Origin: Sphagnum compactum
Lineage: Eukaryota
Reading direction: 5' to 3'
Length of the DNA stretch: 64,000 nt
Assembly (NCBI GenBank): GCA_965153455.1
Contig: OZ234494.1
Coordinates: forward strand, 4,030,001 to 4,094,000
Shown: piece by piece, positions 38,504 through 52,480 of the stretch
How the letters are laid out: every line of letters begins with the position of its first letter
How positions within the stretch are numbered: position 1 is the first letter of the stretch
Position numbers and translations under genes: made by a program
The notes under the pieces: model-generated
Told to the model about the DNA's origin: nothing
Database searches by the model: none
Seen by the model: the letters and a program-made list of their open reading frames with translations, nothing else

Positions 38504-41500
38504 GTAGCACTGACGGGTATCTAGCAGCTTTCAGGTCTTTTGGAAGGGATTTACAGCCAAGGATTCATCAAGTGGGAACCTAAGCATTCCCAGACACATT
38601 TTAGACTCTGCCCCTTATTTGCACTGGCTCCAGGATTAGATTCTCCTCCAGTTGGAATTGTTGCATGCAAAGGTAAATGCAAGAGCTCTCAGCCAGAATG
38701 TAGATGGCACTACTCAGAAAGGAGAGGCTTGGATAGTTTTTAGGTTTTGGGATCTCAGAAACAAAGAGGTAAGCTTTCTCGGAATCACCCTTTTCTACAT
38801 TCACAGTCCTAGCTATCCAGTCTCTGACCCTTGTGAGTAACTGTTAACCCAATGTAAAAAATTCAAGCAATTGACCAGTGGAGCATTTTTACTAGCAGAA
38901 ACATGTATCCCACCAACCCATCGATATCTCCAAAGGCATTCACAGAGATATACTTTCAGTGAAGGGGAAGAAGACATTCTGTTTTGTAGGCACATTGTTG
39001 CACATTCACTGGTAAGGGCAATCACCAGCACATCGCAATAAGGAAGGGGGCAGGTTGTAAGGTGCCTCCACATATTTCCAATCCCCTTTTTTGTTTAAGA
39101 GACTTGATTCAATCCGTAAAGCATTGCAAGATTTTTTCCCCTTGGCATTTTAAAGCACCTCCCTATGTGGAAGATCCTTTCATCACATGAAGGGACCTTC
39201 CACATATAGAAGGTGCTTCCATGGATGGAAGATGCTTTTGTGTAAAAAACCTTGACATGCCTCATAGTGGGGAAGGCTTGCAGGTTAGGAATTTCAGATT
39301 TTAGAAGGTCCTCATCTAGAGGTCTTCCCCTATACTTTATGATCGATAAGGCCCTTCAAATGAGCCATTACAAAAACCCATTTCCCAAGCACTTGGTGGT
39401 GGCTAAGGCCTCTTATTAGGCCATCCATTTTCATGAACATGCATTTTCATCAAGAGTCGTAAAATGTCATGTACACAATGTTTTAGATGAAATATGACAA
39501 TAAATAGTGTGAAACTTGTTTTGGGCTTGTATGCATGACCATAGAACAATGTCCCCGAAGAGGGTGGAGGAAATGATTGTTTTTCTATTGGCCAATTAAA
39601 ATAATTGTTTAAAGTGATGACAATTAAATAGGTTTCTCACATTATATTGCCCACTTTTTCATCTTTGTGGATGGGGATGAGAAAATAATAACATTAGATG
39701 TGTGACGCGCTAAACAAAGATAAAGTGAGGATGTGGGTGGAGGGGCATTAAACATTACCCTTACTTAGAACATCTTTACCATAGGCCCTTACTTGCACAT
39801 GCAATAACAACCGTCGAAAATAAGTGATGTTATAATCCTCATTGCAATAACTACATCATCAAATTTTCACCCAACTGCATCTTCATTTTCTCCCCACTCT
39901 AGCAATGATGTTCATTGTACATTCTTACTAAATGTTTTGACATCATCATGTGTGAGTATGTATGTGTTTTATTTTTCTCTATCCATTTTGTGTGTGTGTG
40001 TGTGTTTTTTCATGGTGCAACATTTTTTTCTTCTGAAGAAATACAAAAAGAAATGCAATGAAACTTCTATTTTGGGGGTTTCCTGAATGAACAAGTCTCT
40101 GCAAAAGCTAAAATACAACAAGCGGAGAACATAGAAAGCCATGACAATAAATAGAAAACCATTAGAGAACAATACTACTTAAGAATCTTAAAAAATGTTT
40201 TGCATTTTATTGAGAAACTCTAAGCATATTTTTGGCAATTTTAGTGGTGCCATTTTTAACTTAATCAAGATGATCTTGGATCTAAAAATGAAAATAGACA
40301 AACATCACCAACATGAGGCAAATCCACTTATTGTTGTTATAGAAACACATTCGGTGAAAGCATGGTTAGGTGGTTGTGTACATTCAAGTTAAAAGGAGTC
40401 AATAGTCATGTAACTAATGCTTGATTTTTCACATTTTAGTGTGAAAAATTATACTAATGTTGTAAACGTTTTTTTATGCATTTACATAACAATGTTTCAA
40501 ATATATTATAAAAACATGTGCAATGACTTGGAATGAATATAATAAGCATAAAATATTCAAAATTGCTCTTAAAGCATTATAATTTTAAAAAATCAATTGT
40601 ATAATGAATTTTTAAACGATTCCTAAAAGATTTGAAAATGAAATGTTTTTAGGAGATTATTTAAACGGATCTTTACATAATAGTATAATAAAATATCCTT
40701 TTGGGCCATAATTTTTTTAATGATTTTTTCAATTTATAAATTGAATATTCTTAAGATATTTTTGGATTATTTTATAAATAAGTAGTCATTAAGGGTGCAT
40801 CATTGCTTCTTATGAACATGAAATGTACCCAACTCACTTTTGGCCTTTTGTAAATCCATTTTCAATAGTCACTTAACAAGTTATGCATCTAATGTACATT
40901 TCTTTATGTTTCCATTTTAAAATGGATGAACCTTAGTGTGTACATGGCTAAACATATACTTGGATCAAAATCATTTTTGAACATGATTTCTTAATGAGAA
41001 ATGGACTAATAAAATTTGATAATGCAATATTAAAACTAAAAATTTAAAAATAATTATAAGGAAAGTTTCAATGCAATTTATTTTTAAACACCTCATTTGA
41101 TGTTTTATTTTTTTAAAAAAACATTTGAACATGCTATGAAATATTTTTTTGAATGCACATGTAAAATATTTAGTCTTTGATCATGAGACTTTTTATGGTT
41201 TAAAAGTCCATTACGAATCCATTCTTTTCTTAGAACTCATCCATAAATTTTAATATGATTCCTAATAAAATATATTGCAATATAAATAATTTTTAAAATG
41301 TCAATGTTGATATGGCATATGACTTTACATTCTAAGTTCATTTATAATCCAAAGAAATTGCAATTATGATAGTCCAAAATGTCCCCTTAACTATGTTTTC
41401 ATCTTGCTTGGATGTAAACCTTTTGTCCCTCCTTTAGTAGCAATGAACACCAAACCCTAAAAGACCAAATCCATGCAACACAATGCACACCTTGAGGTCG

Positions 41501-43853
41501 CAACCTCGACATCACAAACATGGTCACTATCTTGGGAGCTCATATCGTAGGAGGCAAACATTGGAAGTTCTTTTATAAATGTCTATAAACTTTCAATAGG
41601 ATTATTGGCCTCCAAGATTTGAATGTGGCAACGTCTTTGGCAACGTCCTTGAAAGTCATCCATGACTATAAAATCATGCGTAAGCAATCTACAAGTGCAT
41701 AAACAAAAAGGACATAACACTAAGTTGCAAGATAGATCATAGGAACACTTTAAATCGTGTAGTGGCATAAAATGCAATGGCATGGTCAAGAAGAAGTTCA
41801 TGCAAAGGATATTTTGATCTCTCATCATTGTTCTATTGTAATAACAAATTCATATTCAAATAATCTCCAAACTGGACATAACACTTAATCGAACTTTATG
41901 GTGTGTAATTGTAATGGGGCACCACAACTTTAGTTTGTCATAAATATCATCAAATTTTGCAACATTTTTTTTGTTTTGGAGGGGAATTTGATAGTTTGTA
42001 GTGGAGATGTTCTTGTAATCCACAATTTTTGCATTTAAAACAAAGTCTTGATGCACAACAATATAAACCTGTGAAAAAAATCACCACCACACAAATAGTC
42101 TTTTTTTTGAATTGTTGGATTTCTTAAAATTAAGTTTGTCACGTGTAAATTCTATTTGTGGTAAATAATGAAAAAAATCCTACATATTCCAATGGTTTCA
42201 AGAAAGGATACCCAATCATGAGTGAATTTATTTGTGAGTTTTTATTTTTGTTTGTCTTGAATGAAGTGAAATGGTTGATGGTTCAAAACATTAAATCTAT
42301 ATGTTACTTGTTTGATAAGAACTATAGTTTATTCATCTAAAGGAGGAATTGGGTGTATTCACGAATTAATAACCCATAGCAATTGTAACCATTATTTCTG
42401 TTTAGGACATAAAAATTGTGAAAAAAAATTCAAGTTTTAATAATTCTTTTTTTTAATACATTTCTTTAAAACAAATGTTAGTATTTTAATTTGTTAACTA
42501 GCTCCAAAAATTTGATTGATTTTAATACATTTAAATGGGCAAAACGGATCGATAACACTTCACTAACACTTAGTTACAATCCTTTGAAATGCCATGTAAG
42601 CAACTTATCATCACCCTTCCTATAATCATCATTCCATGCATTCACACTAAGGTTGATGTTACATAATAACATTGTCTATCAAGGCTAGTTCCATCCGCAC
42701 TACCTTCAAACATCATATAATGATAATTCAAGGTTACAATGCGAGATAGGGCTTTGGACATTGAGAATGGGGAGGAGGATTGAGGAAGGGGAAGGAAATG
42801 ATGGTGTCCTATGTTAACACCACGTGACCTATATGCTCATTTTGGAGTGCTTTAAGGTATACCAAACTTTTCAATGAAATCCATGTTTTGGATGACAAAA
42901 TTGGATATGCTACCTTATCATCAATTATCAACAAGGATGTCACATTTGTGAATGATTTTTTTTTGTTGACTAACATCACAAATGTGAATACAAAGTTTTA
43001 AATGATTTTTTTGGGGTTTGTTGTTATTTTTTTAATTTTAAAAAATGATTTGCTTGCCATTGATTTGGGTTAGGGTTTAAGATTTAGGGTTTACAGACCA
43101 TTGACAATAGGTAAGTGTGATGGTACCTCTAGGTCATCAAGAGAAGCCCACTCTACAAATTTTGTAAAAGTTTGCCCCTAGGATGTATTCTATAGTACAA
43201 AAGCAATATTAGTAGCAACGTGGGCTGCATCAATTAGAACATCCAAAAAAGGGGATGAGAATGTATGCGGAGATCTGGGAGGGATATGCTTATGACACAA
43301 ACAAAAACACGGATGAAAAAGTGATTCAGCAAGGTTCTGTTGATGAGAAGGCTAGCATAGTAGGTCGCTTTTTCAGACAGAAATTCCAGCTCACACGGCT
43401 CTGACGATAAGTATGGACTACGTAACCAGCCTGGTTACCCAGAACAGCCAAGGCCAAGACTATTTGCAGTAACTAGAGTTCTCTTGCTGGTTAGGGAACA
43501 CAAACCATGCCCTCTTTTCATTCGCTGTTATGAAATGTTCATCCAACAACCAAATCGTATACACTGGTTCACCAATGAAATGTAGCGGATTCTTCAAGGT
43601 AGATTGTTGCTGATGTGTCAAATTTTGATTTGCTTAGAGCGGAACAGTCCAGGCTGCAACCTCGTACACATAACTTCTGTTTAGACATTTTCAAGCTTCT
43701 GATTGGCCCTCCCTCGCGGCTGTCATGATGCAGAAGCTTCTCCCTCTCTTTTTTCCGTCCATCTAGAAGAAGAAGGCTATGAAACACTTCATCCATTTAT
43801 ACGAAGATTATGAAACTCTTCATTCACACATATGAAAGTTATCAGCTACACTG

Positions 43854-43915
43854 GATAGCATTTATGAAAGGGGAGTGGCTACCAACTGGGTAGCCCCCTC
43901 TCCATAAATGTTATC
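43854..43915. other. Near-perfect ~62-bp palindrome
   Basis: gatagcatttatgaaaggggagtggctacc-aactg-ggtagccccctctccataaatgttatc. Confidence 0.8.
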
Positions 43916-44694
43916 TAATCTGAAGCTCAAAAGTTATGTCAAAGTTATGGCTTTCTTCTTTCTTTTTTCTTCTGTTTTTTGGGCTCCCCCCTCTGTCTGT
44001 CCCGATTTAAACTTGTAGGGAGGTTCCCATAAGAGTGGGTTCTCCTGAGGGAGGGTCGCACAAGGGCTGTAAAATCTTTCCATGGGAACATGGGAACATA
44101 GAAATATCGCAGGATCTCCCCCCACGACATAACTCCCTAGGGACCTTCTGCTGGGGGAGATCCCTCAAAATAAAAAGAGAAATAAAAAGAGAGGTTTTTT
44201 ACGAAAATCAAAAAGTTAAAAATAACAATAGTGAAAGAATGAAGATATATCTATGAAAAGAAAAAAAGAAAAAGAAAAGAAAGCATACACGCACCTATTT
44301 CTTGCCAACCAACTTTTTAGGTTGCATGTCACAACAGCAACGCAGCGACAGATTCCGAGGTGGAACTGTCAGGTCCAGCCAATGAAAATACCGTCTCGGA
44401 TACTCCGCCACCCTTTTCCAAACCCACAACGTCATACATACCTACCTACCTACCCACCCCGCGGCTCCGCCTTCCCACTCCAACCAAGTTGATGAACATA
44501 ACACTAACTCATCCAACGAGTATCCATCCAAATGTCCCACAATCATTCAAAATTATCGGACCACCTAGTGCAAAGATCCATTTGAAACGAGAAACATCCA
44601 TTAAATGAGGCTCTTTCAAAAATTATCTCTCTTCTCGTACCTGCCTGAGGTATCATCCCTACCCCTCAAGGCCCTACTCTACAATTTGGCTACC

Positions 44695-45279
44695 TAGTGA
44701 GTTTTTTTTTGGGGTCAATTTTATGATGTAGCCAAAGTGGCAATCTACCATAGTAAGATTTAGCCAGATTTGGCTACAAGCTAAATATGAAAGTAAAAAT
44801 GCTTAGAAACATCCTTCTATAATTTTTGGCATAACTACTTGATGAACCATGTATAAAAGAAATCTCACGAGTTTTCTTAAATTTTGGTCTAATTCTGGCT
44901 ATTGAAAATCTAAAACAACATTTTTCCATTTTCATTGTCTATTTTGGCTACATATTTTCTCTTTTTTGGCTATATACAGGACAGCCTTTTTTGCTGGCTA
45001 TACATAACCAAAAAGCTATTATAAAAAATGTAAAAGGCTGAAATCAAGCGCTTTTTAAAAATATTTTCAATAGCCATAATTCGACCAGAATGAAAGAAAA
45101 ATCAGAAGATTTGTGTTTCTATTCATGGTTCATCCAAAGTAGGTTAAGCCAAAAATATAGAAGGATGTCTAAAATAAAATAAAATCTACTTTCACTTTTA
45201 TCTTGTAGCCAAATTTGGCTAAATCTTCATGTGGATCATGGCCATTTTGGCTACTAAATTGACCTTAAAAGAAACACTG
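44695..45279. mobile_element. Foldback/long-TIR MITE (family C) with ~200-bp inverted arms, ~320 bp upstream of the pyruvate kinase ATG
   Basis: Left arm ggtcaatttt...tagccagatttggctacaag...gaaccatg...ggctattgaaaa is mirrored by ttttcaatagcc...catggttc...cttgtagccaaatttggcta...aaattgacc...aaacactg. Confidence 0.85.
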
Positions 45280-45516
45280 ATATTATAGCCAGCGAAAAAA
45301 AAATGCTAGGTCCAGGCAAAGCGGCAGTAGGTAGGTAGGTAGGTAGGGAGGTACGTAGTAGGTAGGCCCCTACCCTACCACACCATCTCCGCAGCTGCTC
45401 GCATTTTCCAACACAAGAAACCTTTTCTTCTTCGTCGTCGTCGTCGTCGTCGTCGCGGCTGCTTCTGCACTGTCTACCAAGAAAACAAATGCATCGTTGT
45501 TGCCATTCGCATTAGC

Positions 45517-45551
<35 letters not shown>

Positions 45552-45598
45552 TGTGCGTGTGGTTTTTTTTTCTTCTTTCGGGGGACGAGGTTTGTGCG

Positions 45599-48500
45599 AT
45601 GGCGCATGCGTTGTGGACGACGACTGCCGTGGGCTTTTGTAATGGTAATGCCGCAATAAGCAGTGGGAGCGTGGTTACGAGTCACAGGAATGCTGCAATC
45701 AGTTTTGGGAATAGGGAGTTGGAAGTAGGGGTGATGATGTGTGGGGGAAGTTCTGGAGCAATGGTGGCTTGGAAGCGGCAACAACAACAACAGCAGCAGG
45801 AGCTGTCGAAGAAGAAGAAGAAGAAGGGAAAGGATGGAGGTGGATTTAAACGTAGGATGATGAAGGAGGAGGCTGTTGTGGTTGTTGTTAGTGCGTTGGC
45901 GGGGCGGGAAGAAGGTGCTGGCGGTGTGGTGTTGGAATCATCGGAGGCTCTGGAGGCGTTGAAGGGACTGGAATTGGAGAGGAGGAGTAGTAGTAGTAAT
46001 GGTAAGAAGAAGAATGGACATGCTGGGGCGGCGGCGGCGGCGGCGACGTCGGCTGTAGTGGTGGTGGCGGAGGAAGAGATCGAATCTGTCACTGAGCGGA
46101 AAAGGAGGAGTTTCGAGATCGATACTGTGACGGAGAAGGAGATGAAGGAGAACGGATTCCGAAGCACGCGGCGGACAAAGCTGATCGCCACTGTAGGACC
46201 TGCTTGTTGCAAATTCGAGCAGCTAGAGGAGCTTGCGTCTGCTGGAATGAACGTCGCGCGTCTCAATATGTGTCACGGCACGCGCGACTGGCACCGGGAC
46301 GTTATCCGCAACTGCCGCCGCTTGAACGCCGAGAAGGGCTATGCAGTCGCGGTGATGATGGACACGGAGGGGAGCGAGATCCATATGGGCGATCTTGGTG
46401 GTGTCTCGTCTGCCAAAGCTGAGGTACCTACTTGTTTCTCTCAAGACTGTCTGCATCATCCTTGGCCTTTACTCACTCATATGTGTTGTACTACTTTATT
46501 GATCAATCTTGAAGCAAAGACTGTCTCTGCCTGCTGCATCCATGGCCTTACTCACTCAAATGTGACATACATACTTTCCTCTTGAATCCAAATTCACAAA
46601 CTGTTTCCCATTTTTATTTTTTTGGCCATTTCCCATTTTCAGTGTGGGGAATATAAGTGTGAGTGTCTTTCTGGTAGATGCTGGAAGGTTGGCAGCACCC
46701 AATACATTGTTTTCCATTCTCATCCTTACTCAGAGGGAAGCCCTTATTAAAAACTTCCATTTTGTAAAGCTACATTTGAGAAGTTGCTGGGAAATATAGT
46801 AATGAATTTCTAGAAAATGTGGGTCTCGTTGTGACTGTGGGTATCTCCTTCAATATGTTTGATCACATCAAGGTTCTCACTGGTTGTGAAGCAAGACTCC
46901 TCTTGATTCCCTCTCGCTGAGATAGGATCTCCATGGTTTACCAGCCTCTTCATGCTAAACTTGCACAGGGTGGGGGGAAAGTCTCAAATCTGGGAACACT
47001 TTGCAGAAATGGAGATGTTGTTCTGTTGGATGATGGCTCAAAGGGTCATACCAATCTTGAAGCAAGGCTCTTCTCTCTTTGGTCCCCTCCTTGCTCTTAG
47101 GTCTTTGAAATTGGATTGGTGTTATCTTTTTGCAACAAGCCTACACGAAGTAGCATCTGATGAATTGTCCATATCTTGGTCAGTTGTTCTCTGGTTGTTC
47201 ATGAAGTCAAATTGATCCTTTGATTGCACAATGTCTCACTTGTTGGTCTGGGACTAATGCATTGGATTGTATTTGAGGAATCCCACATCAAATAAGTGTG
47301 CTTGGTCTCCAGGTATTGAAATTCACTTGCTTGTCTTGTGCAAGGTTATCCTGTGTGTACACCACATGCTTTGTAAAGGTCCTGTGACAGTTCTACATAG
47401 AATGTGGCTACCCTATGTTTTGTGCTCCTAGTTTCCTTCACCTTGGTCAACCTGGAGGATAAGGGCCTTAACCCTGTAACCCTTATTCTCAGGACTGCTG
47501 CTCCTTGTGGGTGGGTTTATTGTGATCTATTGTGTATATTTATTCTTTCTCTTGTGACCTATCACTCTGCAATATCCTGAGCATCTTTTCTGTAGCAAGA
47601 GGTGTGGAGGCAGTCTGTAAACGAAAAATATGGTTTGTGGATGAAGGAAGGGGAGGAGTGGTTTTTCACAGTGCGCACATTTGAAGGGCCTCTTCCTGCC
47701 TTCACTATTCAGGTCAACTACGAGGGCTTTGCTGAGGGTATACCTCAACACTCTGTCAAAATTCTTGCTTCACTTGAGATCTTTTGGTCTAAACGATGTC
47801 AGATTATAGCTGGCCATATCATGCTCAGGGCTTTCTGACCAGCTATACTAAATTCCTTTCATGCATGGTAAGGATTGGAGTCTTGGAATGTAAAAGATTG
47901 ATGTTTGTCCGTCTACTGAATCTCTTGATTTTTCTCCCTTGTTGGAATGTCAACCTCTGTTTTTCAATCACAGAATGAAAGAACTCACTCATATGTGCAA
48001 TGTCATTGGGTGGGCAGATTTGAAAGTAGGGGATGAACTGTTGGTGGATGGAGGTATGGTACGGTTTGAGGTGGCAGAGAAGATAGGCCCTGATGTGAAG
48101 TGCCTGTGCACTGACTCTGGTCTCCTTCTGCCACGTGCCACTCTGACCTTCTGGCGTGGTGGCTCCATTGTACGGGAAAAGAACGTCATGCTGCCTACCA
48201 TTTCTTCCAAGGTTTTTTTCCTTTGCTATCAGCGCTCTCCTGTTCACCTTTGCCCTACAGTGCATGTGGCAGTGAAGTTGCAGCTACTTATAGTCAATCT
48301 ATAATAAGAGCATTCAGTCACATTTTACTAGAATGAACATTCTGGTTTCTGGAGTTTTATCACTGTTGGAATTAACACTTATTGTGATTGTAATGAGCCC
48401 TGCCCTGCAAGTTTTAGTTTCAGAACAATGTTCTTTTGCAATTTAGCTCAATGTGGACACTGAGAAGCTAGTTTTCTCAGCTACATTGCATCTTGAACTA

Positions 48501-50738
48501 CAGAGTACTGACAATGAACACATCCTGTCAACTCCAGTGCTCATGCTTGAATTCCTCATGCATTGCCTGTCCCACTCAAATTCCTCCTTGTTATGTGAAA
48601 GCAGTTTCCTCAATGGCAGTCCCCCAAAAACACAAGTTACAAGGACAGGTTAATGACATGAGGAATGCTAACTCTACGGTATGGACTGCAGGATTGGGTT
48701 GACATTGATTTTGGAATATCTGAGGGTGTGGATTTCATAGCTGTCTCGTTTGTCAAGAGCCCTGAGGTCATCAAGCATCTGAAGAGCTATGTCAAGGCCC
48801 GGGCACCTGACAGGTATTCAATTTTCATGTTATCATATGACCATGCATATGTACATAAGGATGAGCTGGCTGCACTTGGACATCCTGAACAATATGCTCT
48901 GTTTGGTTTGCAAGTTCACTCCTTTGAGTCACAGCACATGTAGTTGAGGAAGTCTTAACCATTTTTCAATTCACTGGGATCCTAAGTGAACCAATGACAT
49001 GTCTTTCACAACTCGATTCACGAAGGAGCAAATTGCTCCTGGTGATTCTTTCTAACTTGCTTATGTATGTGTGTTTTTTATTGTTTCTCTGTTCTAGTTT
49101 GTCCCTTCTGTGTTCTTCCTTCTTCTTGGCTCTGTAAGGCCTTATCTGGAAGTCTTTCTTTGACTTGAAGGAAAAGTTTTAACCTTGTTCTGGCTTTCTT
49201 AATCATGAGTATGGAAATTTCTCAGTTCTCATAAGAGTTATTATTGCTTGCATGTGGGCTATCGGGGTATAGATCAATTGGTGTCTTTGCAAAGATTGAA
49301 GCATTTGAATCACTGAACTGCTTGGAAGATATTATCCGTGTGTCTGATGGAGCCATGGTAGCAAGAGGAGACCTTGGGGCCCAGATTCCTCTTGAGCAAG
49401 TGCCATCAGTTCAAGAAGCCATCATTAATGTCTGCCGGAGTCTCAACAAGCCTGTCATTGTGGCATCACAGCTTCTTGAATCGATGATTCAGTACCCAAC
49501 ACCCACTCGTGCTGAGGTCCTGCATTCTTCCATCTCTCTTTAAGAAATAATGATTAATACCAATTTATGATAAATGGTTATTGATTGTCCATGGTATGAT
49601 CTCATCATTCTGAAGCTCATTGACCACTCCTTGGTTATTGGGACTGAGATGGACAACTCCAATGTCAAATCAGAATACCTTGAGAGTGTTCAGAACTCCA
49701 GTCAAGTGTCCATGCCCTTCCTTGTAGGCTTGCATGAACAAGCAATTCATGTGCATATGCTGCCAATTTGGCATTTGATGCAGTAAATTGAAGGTAGAGG
49801 GATGTCCTATTTTGCTTGCCCTGATTTTCCCTGCAGAAGAAGTGTTGCTCAAAGTAGTGAGGAATCAAAAAGATGAGGAATGCTTCATTGCAGGAGACAA
49901 ATTCAGAGGTAAGGATAGAAACACAATGTTGAGAGTCTTACTGCAGAGCTAGAGATAGTATCCTGCAGAATGTAGATCACAAATGTCAACAGAGTGCCAA
50001 GGTTTGAGTATATGCTGGATTGAATACAGGTGGCTGATATATCAGAGGCTGTTAGACAGAAAGCAGATGCTTTGATGCTGTCTGGGGAGTCAGCCATGGG
50101 CCTCTATCCACAAAAAGCCCTTGATGTGTTGCGGGGAGTGAGCTTGCGCATGGAGCTCTGGTGCCGAGAAGAACATCATGGTGACAGATACCAGTTGCCG
50201 GAACTTTCTTCAGCACCTACTGAAAAGATTTCAGAGCAGATCTGTAACTCTGCTGCTCAGATGGGTAGGTGAATTTCATCCATGCTGTAACCATTGGCTC
50301 TACTGTTTACACATTTATGCAGATCTCTTTTGTTGCCGACTTTCATTCTGACTGTAATTGGAGTGTTGTGTCTTATCTTTGTTATGGACTGAATTAGAAT
50401 GATGTGGTGCAGCGGACAAACTGGGAGCTGATGCCATCTTTGTGTACACTAGGCGAGGCTATATGGCATCCCTTCTCTCACGAAATCGACCAGATTGCCC
50501 TATTTTTGCTTTCACAGAATCCCAGAATGTCAGGCAGCAAATGAATTTGCAATGGGGGTTGATTCCATTTCGCCTGGATTTTGGAGAGGATATGGAGAGC
50601 AATCTTCATCGAACTTTTGCATTGTTGAAGGCACGAGGTATGATGAAATCAGGTGATCTTGTGGTTGCAGTCTCTGATATTTCATCTGCTTCACAGACAG
50701 CCATGCTGCAATCAATTCAGGTTCGCAAAATTCCATGA
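45599..50738 (+). CDS. PKP1: Plastidic pyruvate kinase alpha subunit (isozyme A), 678 aa; exons 45599-46423, 47647-47737, 48018-48211, 48692-48813, 49273-49516, 50030-50264, 50413-50738
   Basis: Motifs [94 protein letters not shown] and QSIQVRKIP. Exons sum to 2037 nt. Confidence 0.97.
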
Positions 50739-51532
50739 GACTTTGCAGCATTTGCCAGCCACAAATTTTGAGAAAGATACATCCTTTGGGGAGATTCTAG
50801 ATCCCACCCAGGGATTGGTTTGGCTTTGTCTGTGTTCTCCTTTCTGTACCATGTTGTTTCTAAACCTAAGCACCTTGCTGTAGTCAGAGAAAGTAACTGG
50901 AGGCTATAGATTTGACTGGCAAGAAGAGCAGATTGTGAACCCTTTGTATCTACAGTAGTGGGCTTCGGAGATTTCAAGCTCAGGTCACCTCGTTTTGTTC
51001 TGAGACAAAAGACTACTCTTAATTCCCCAATGTTGCATAATGCAGCTCTCAGAGATTGATAGCAGCTCCCTTTCTGTTGGCATTCACCCGTTGACAGAAT
51101 TCTCCTGGTGAATTCACTCAGAGTTTGAAAGTGAATCAGGATTTAGTAGAAGAACATAAACGCGTATGAGGAATTGAAACAATGAAAAGTTGGCAAGATC
51201 TCTCTTGTATTCTTGAAAATTCTCAATCTCTAGGGCGCATTCCACAGGTTTTGCAAAGAATTCTATGATCACCATTTGCCTCATGTTTGTTCATGATTTA
51301 CTCCTGAGCACAAATCAACTTTGTAACGCAGTGCAACCAGTGAAATTAAATGGATGATATCATGAACTATGCACACTTGCTTTTGAGTTTTGATCCGGTT
51401 ATCAAACCGGTTATTAATAGCCTACCAGTTGGGTTTTTAATTTTTGTACTACTCAGTTAAATTGGTAATCACCTTGTACTAAATCTAATAACCTACCTGG
51501 ATTACCCAATTATCATCCAGGTAGGTTATCAA

Positions 51533-51585
<53 letters not shown>
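51533..51585. repeat. Compound (CT)n(AT)n microsatellite
   Basis: Directly visible. Confidence 0.95.
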
Positions 51586-51588
<3 letters not shown>

Positions 51589-51849
51589 CAGAAAAAATGA
51601 TATTTTAATTTTAATTTTTAAAAAACCCTATAACTGGTGTGTAACTGGCAATTATTAACTGGTTATTTGATAACCTACCCTTGTGTGTAACCAATGATTA
51701 TTACCCAAATTTTTCTCATAACTTACCCAACACCCTTTATCCGGCCAAGTTCTCGTAATATAAAACCTTAAGTGCAAGTCATCCTTTTTACAAAGGCAAT
51801 GGCCAAGCCTTGCTTTTTTGGCAAGTTATTAGCTTTAATTGATTGTACA

Positions 51850-52480
51850 TCTATCTATCAAGGAAGGTTGTTTGTTTGTTTGTTTTCTACGTTTTGTTTG
51901 TCATGTTGAGATATCCCAATGCCCCAAACCATGGCCCTTCTTCCCCCATTGTACATACTTGTGATAACCATTGGAAAGCTCATGATGAATAGGGATGCGC
52001 ACACCAAAATCATGTCCTAATGTTTAGATCAGTGTGGGGGGCAAGTATCGAAAACTAGCCTTGGTATCAGTCGGGTATCATCTGGGTATAAGCCCTTGAA
52101 CACCTATGGATGCAAATTGATATCCGGATCCTTACAGAGTAGTTATGTGAGGATTCAACTCTGAAAACCTTACCCTCTTCATACCTTTCAAAATGTTGAC
52201 ACATGGGGTGGAGTAAAAGTGTGGAAAAAGGGGTCACGGGTACCAGGGTTAGTGCTAACTCACCCAACATTGGTTTAGACCTACTGGTTTAGACCTATGC
52301 TGCAAGAGTTATTGAATATTGAATACTTTTTCATTGAAAATTTCATAAAAATCAAAACTAAAAATGTGAGGGAAATCAGGACACACTCTTGGTATTGTTA
52401 GAAAGCCCTTAAATGAATGAGATTTTATGGAGGTGATTTCATAATGATTTTAGACCTCGCTTGCTTGCAGTAAGAGATAT
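51850..52480 (+). mobile_element. Family B copy interrupted by a nested MITE
   Basis: A|TCTATCTATCAAGGAAGG start; family B sequence resumes at ~52300 (gagttattgaatattgaa...cattgaaaatt). Confidence 0.7.
52054..52253. mobile_element. 200-bp MITE-like insert
   Basis: Imperfect TIRs actagccttggtatc / ggtaccagggttagt. Confidence 0.5.

Noticed and set aside
41450-42070. Possible decayed coding fragment on the minus strand (DERSKYPLHELLLDHAIAFY...)
   Set aside because: Multiple stops and no motif I can assign; a homology search is needed.
45682-46266. 194-aa antisense ORF
   Set aside because: Reverse frame of pyruvate kinase exon 1; low complexity.
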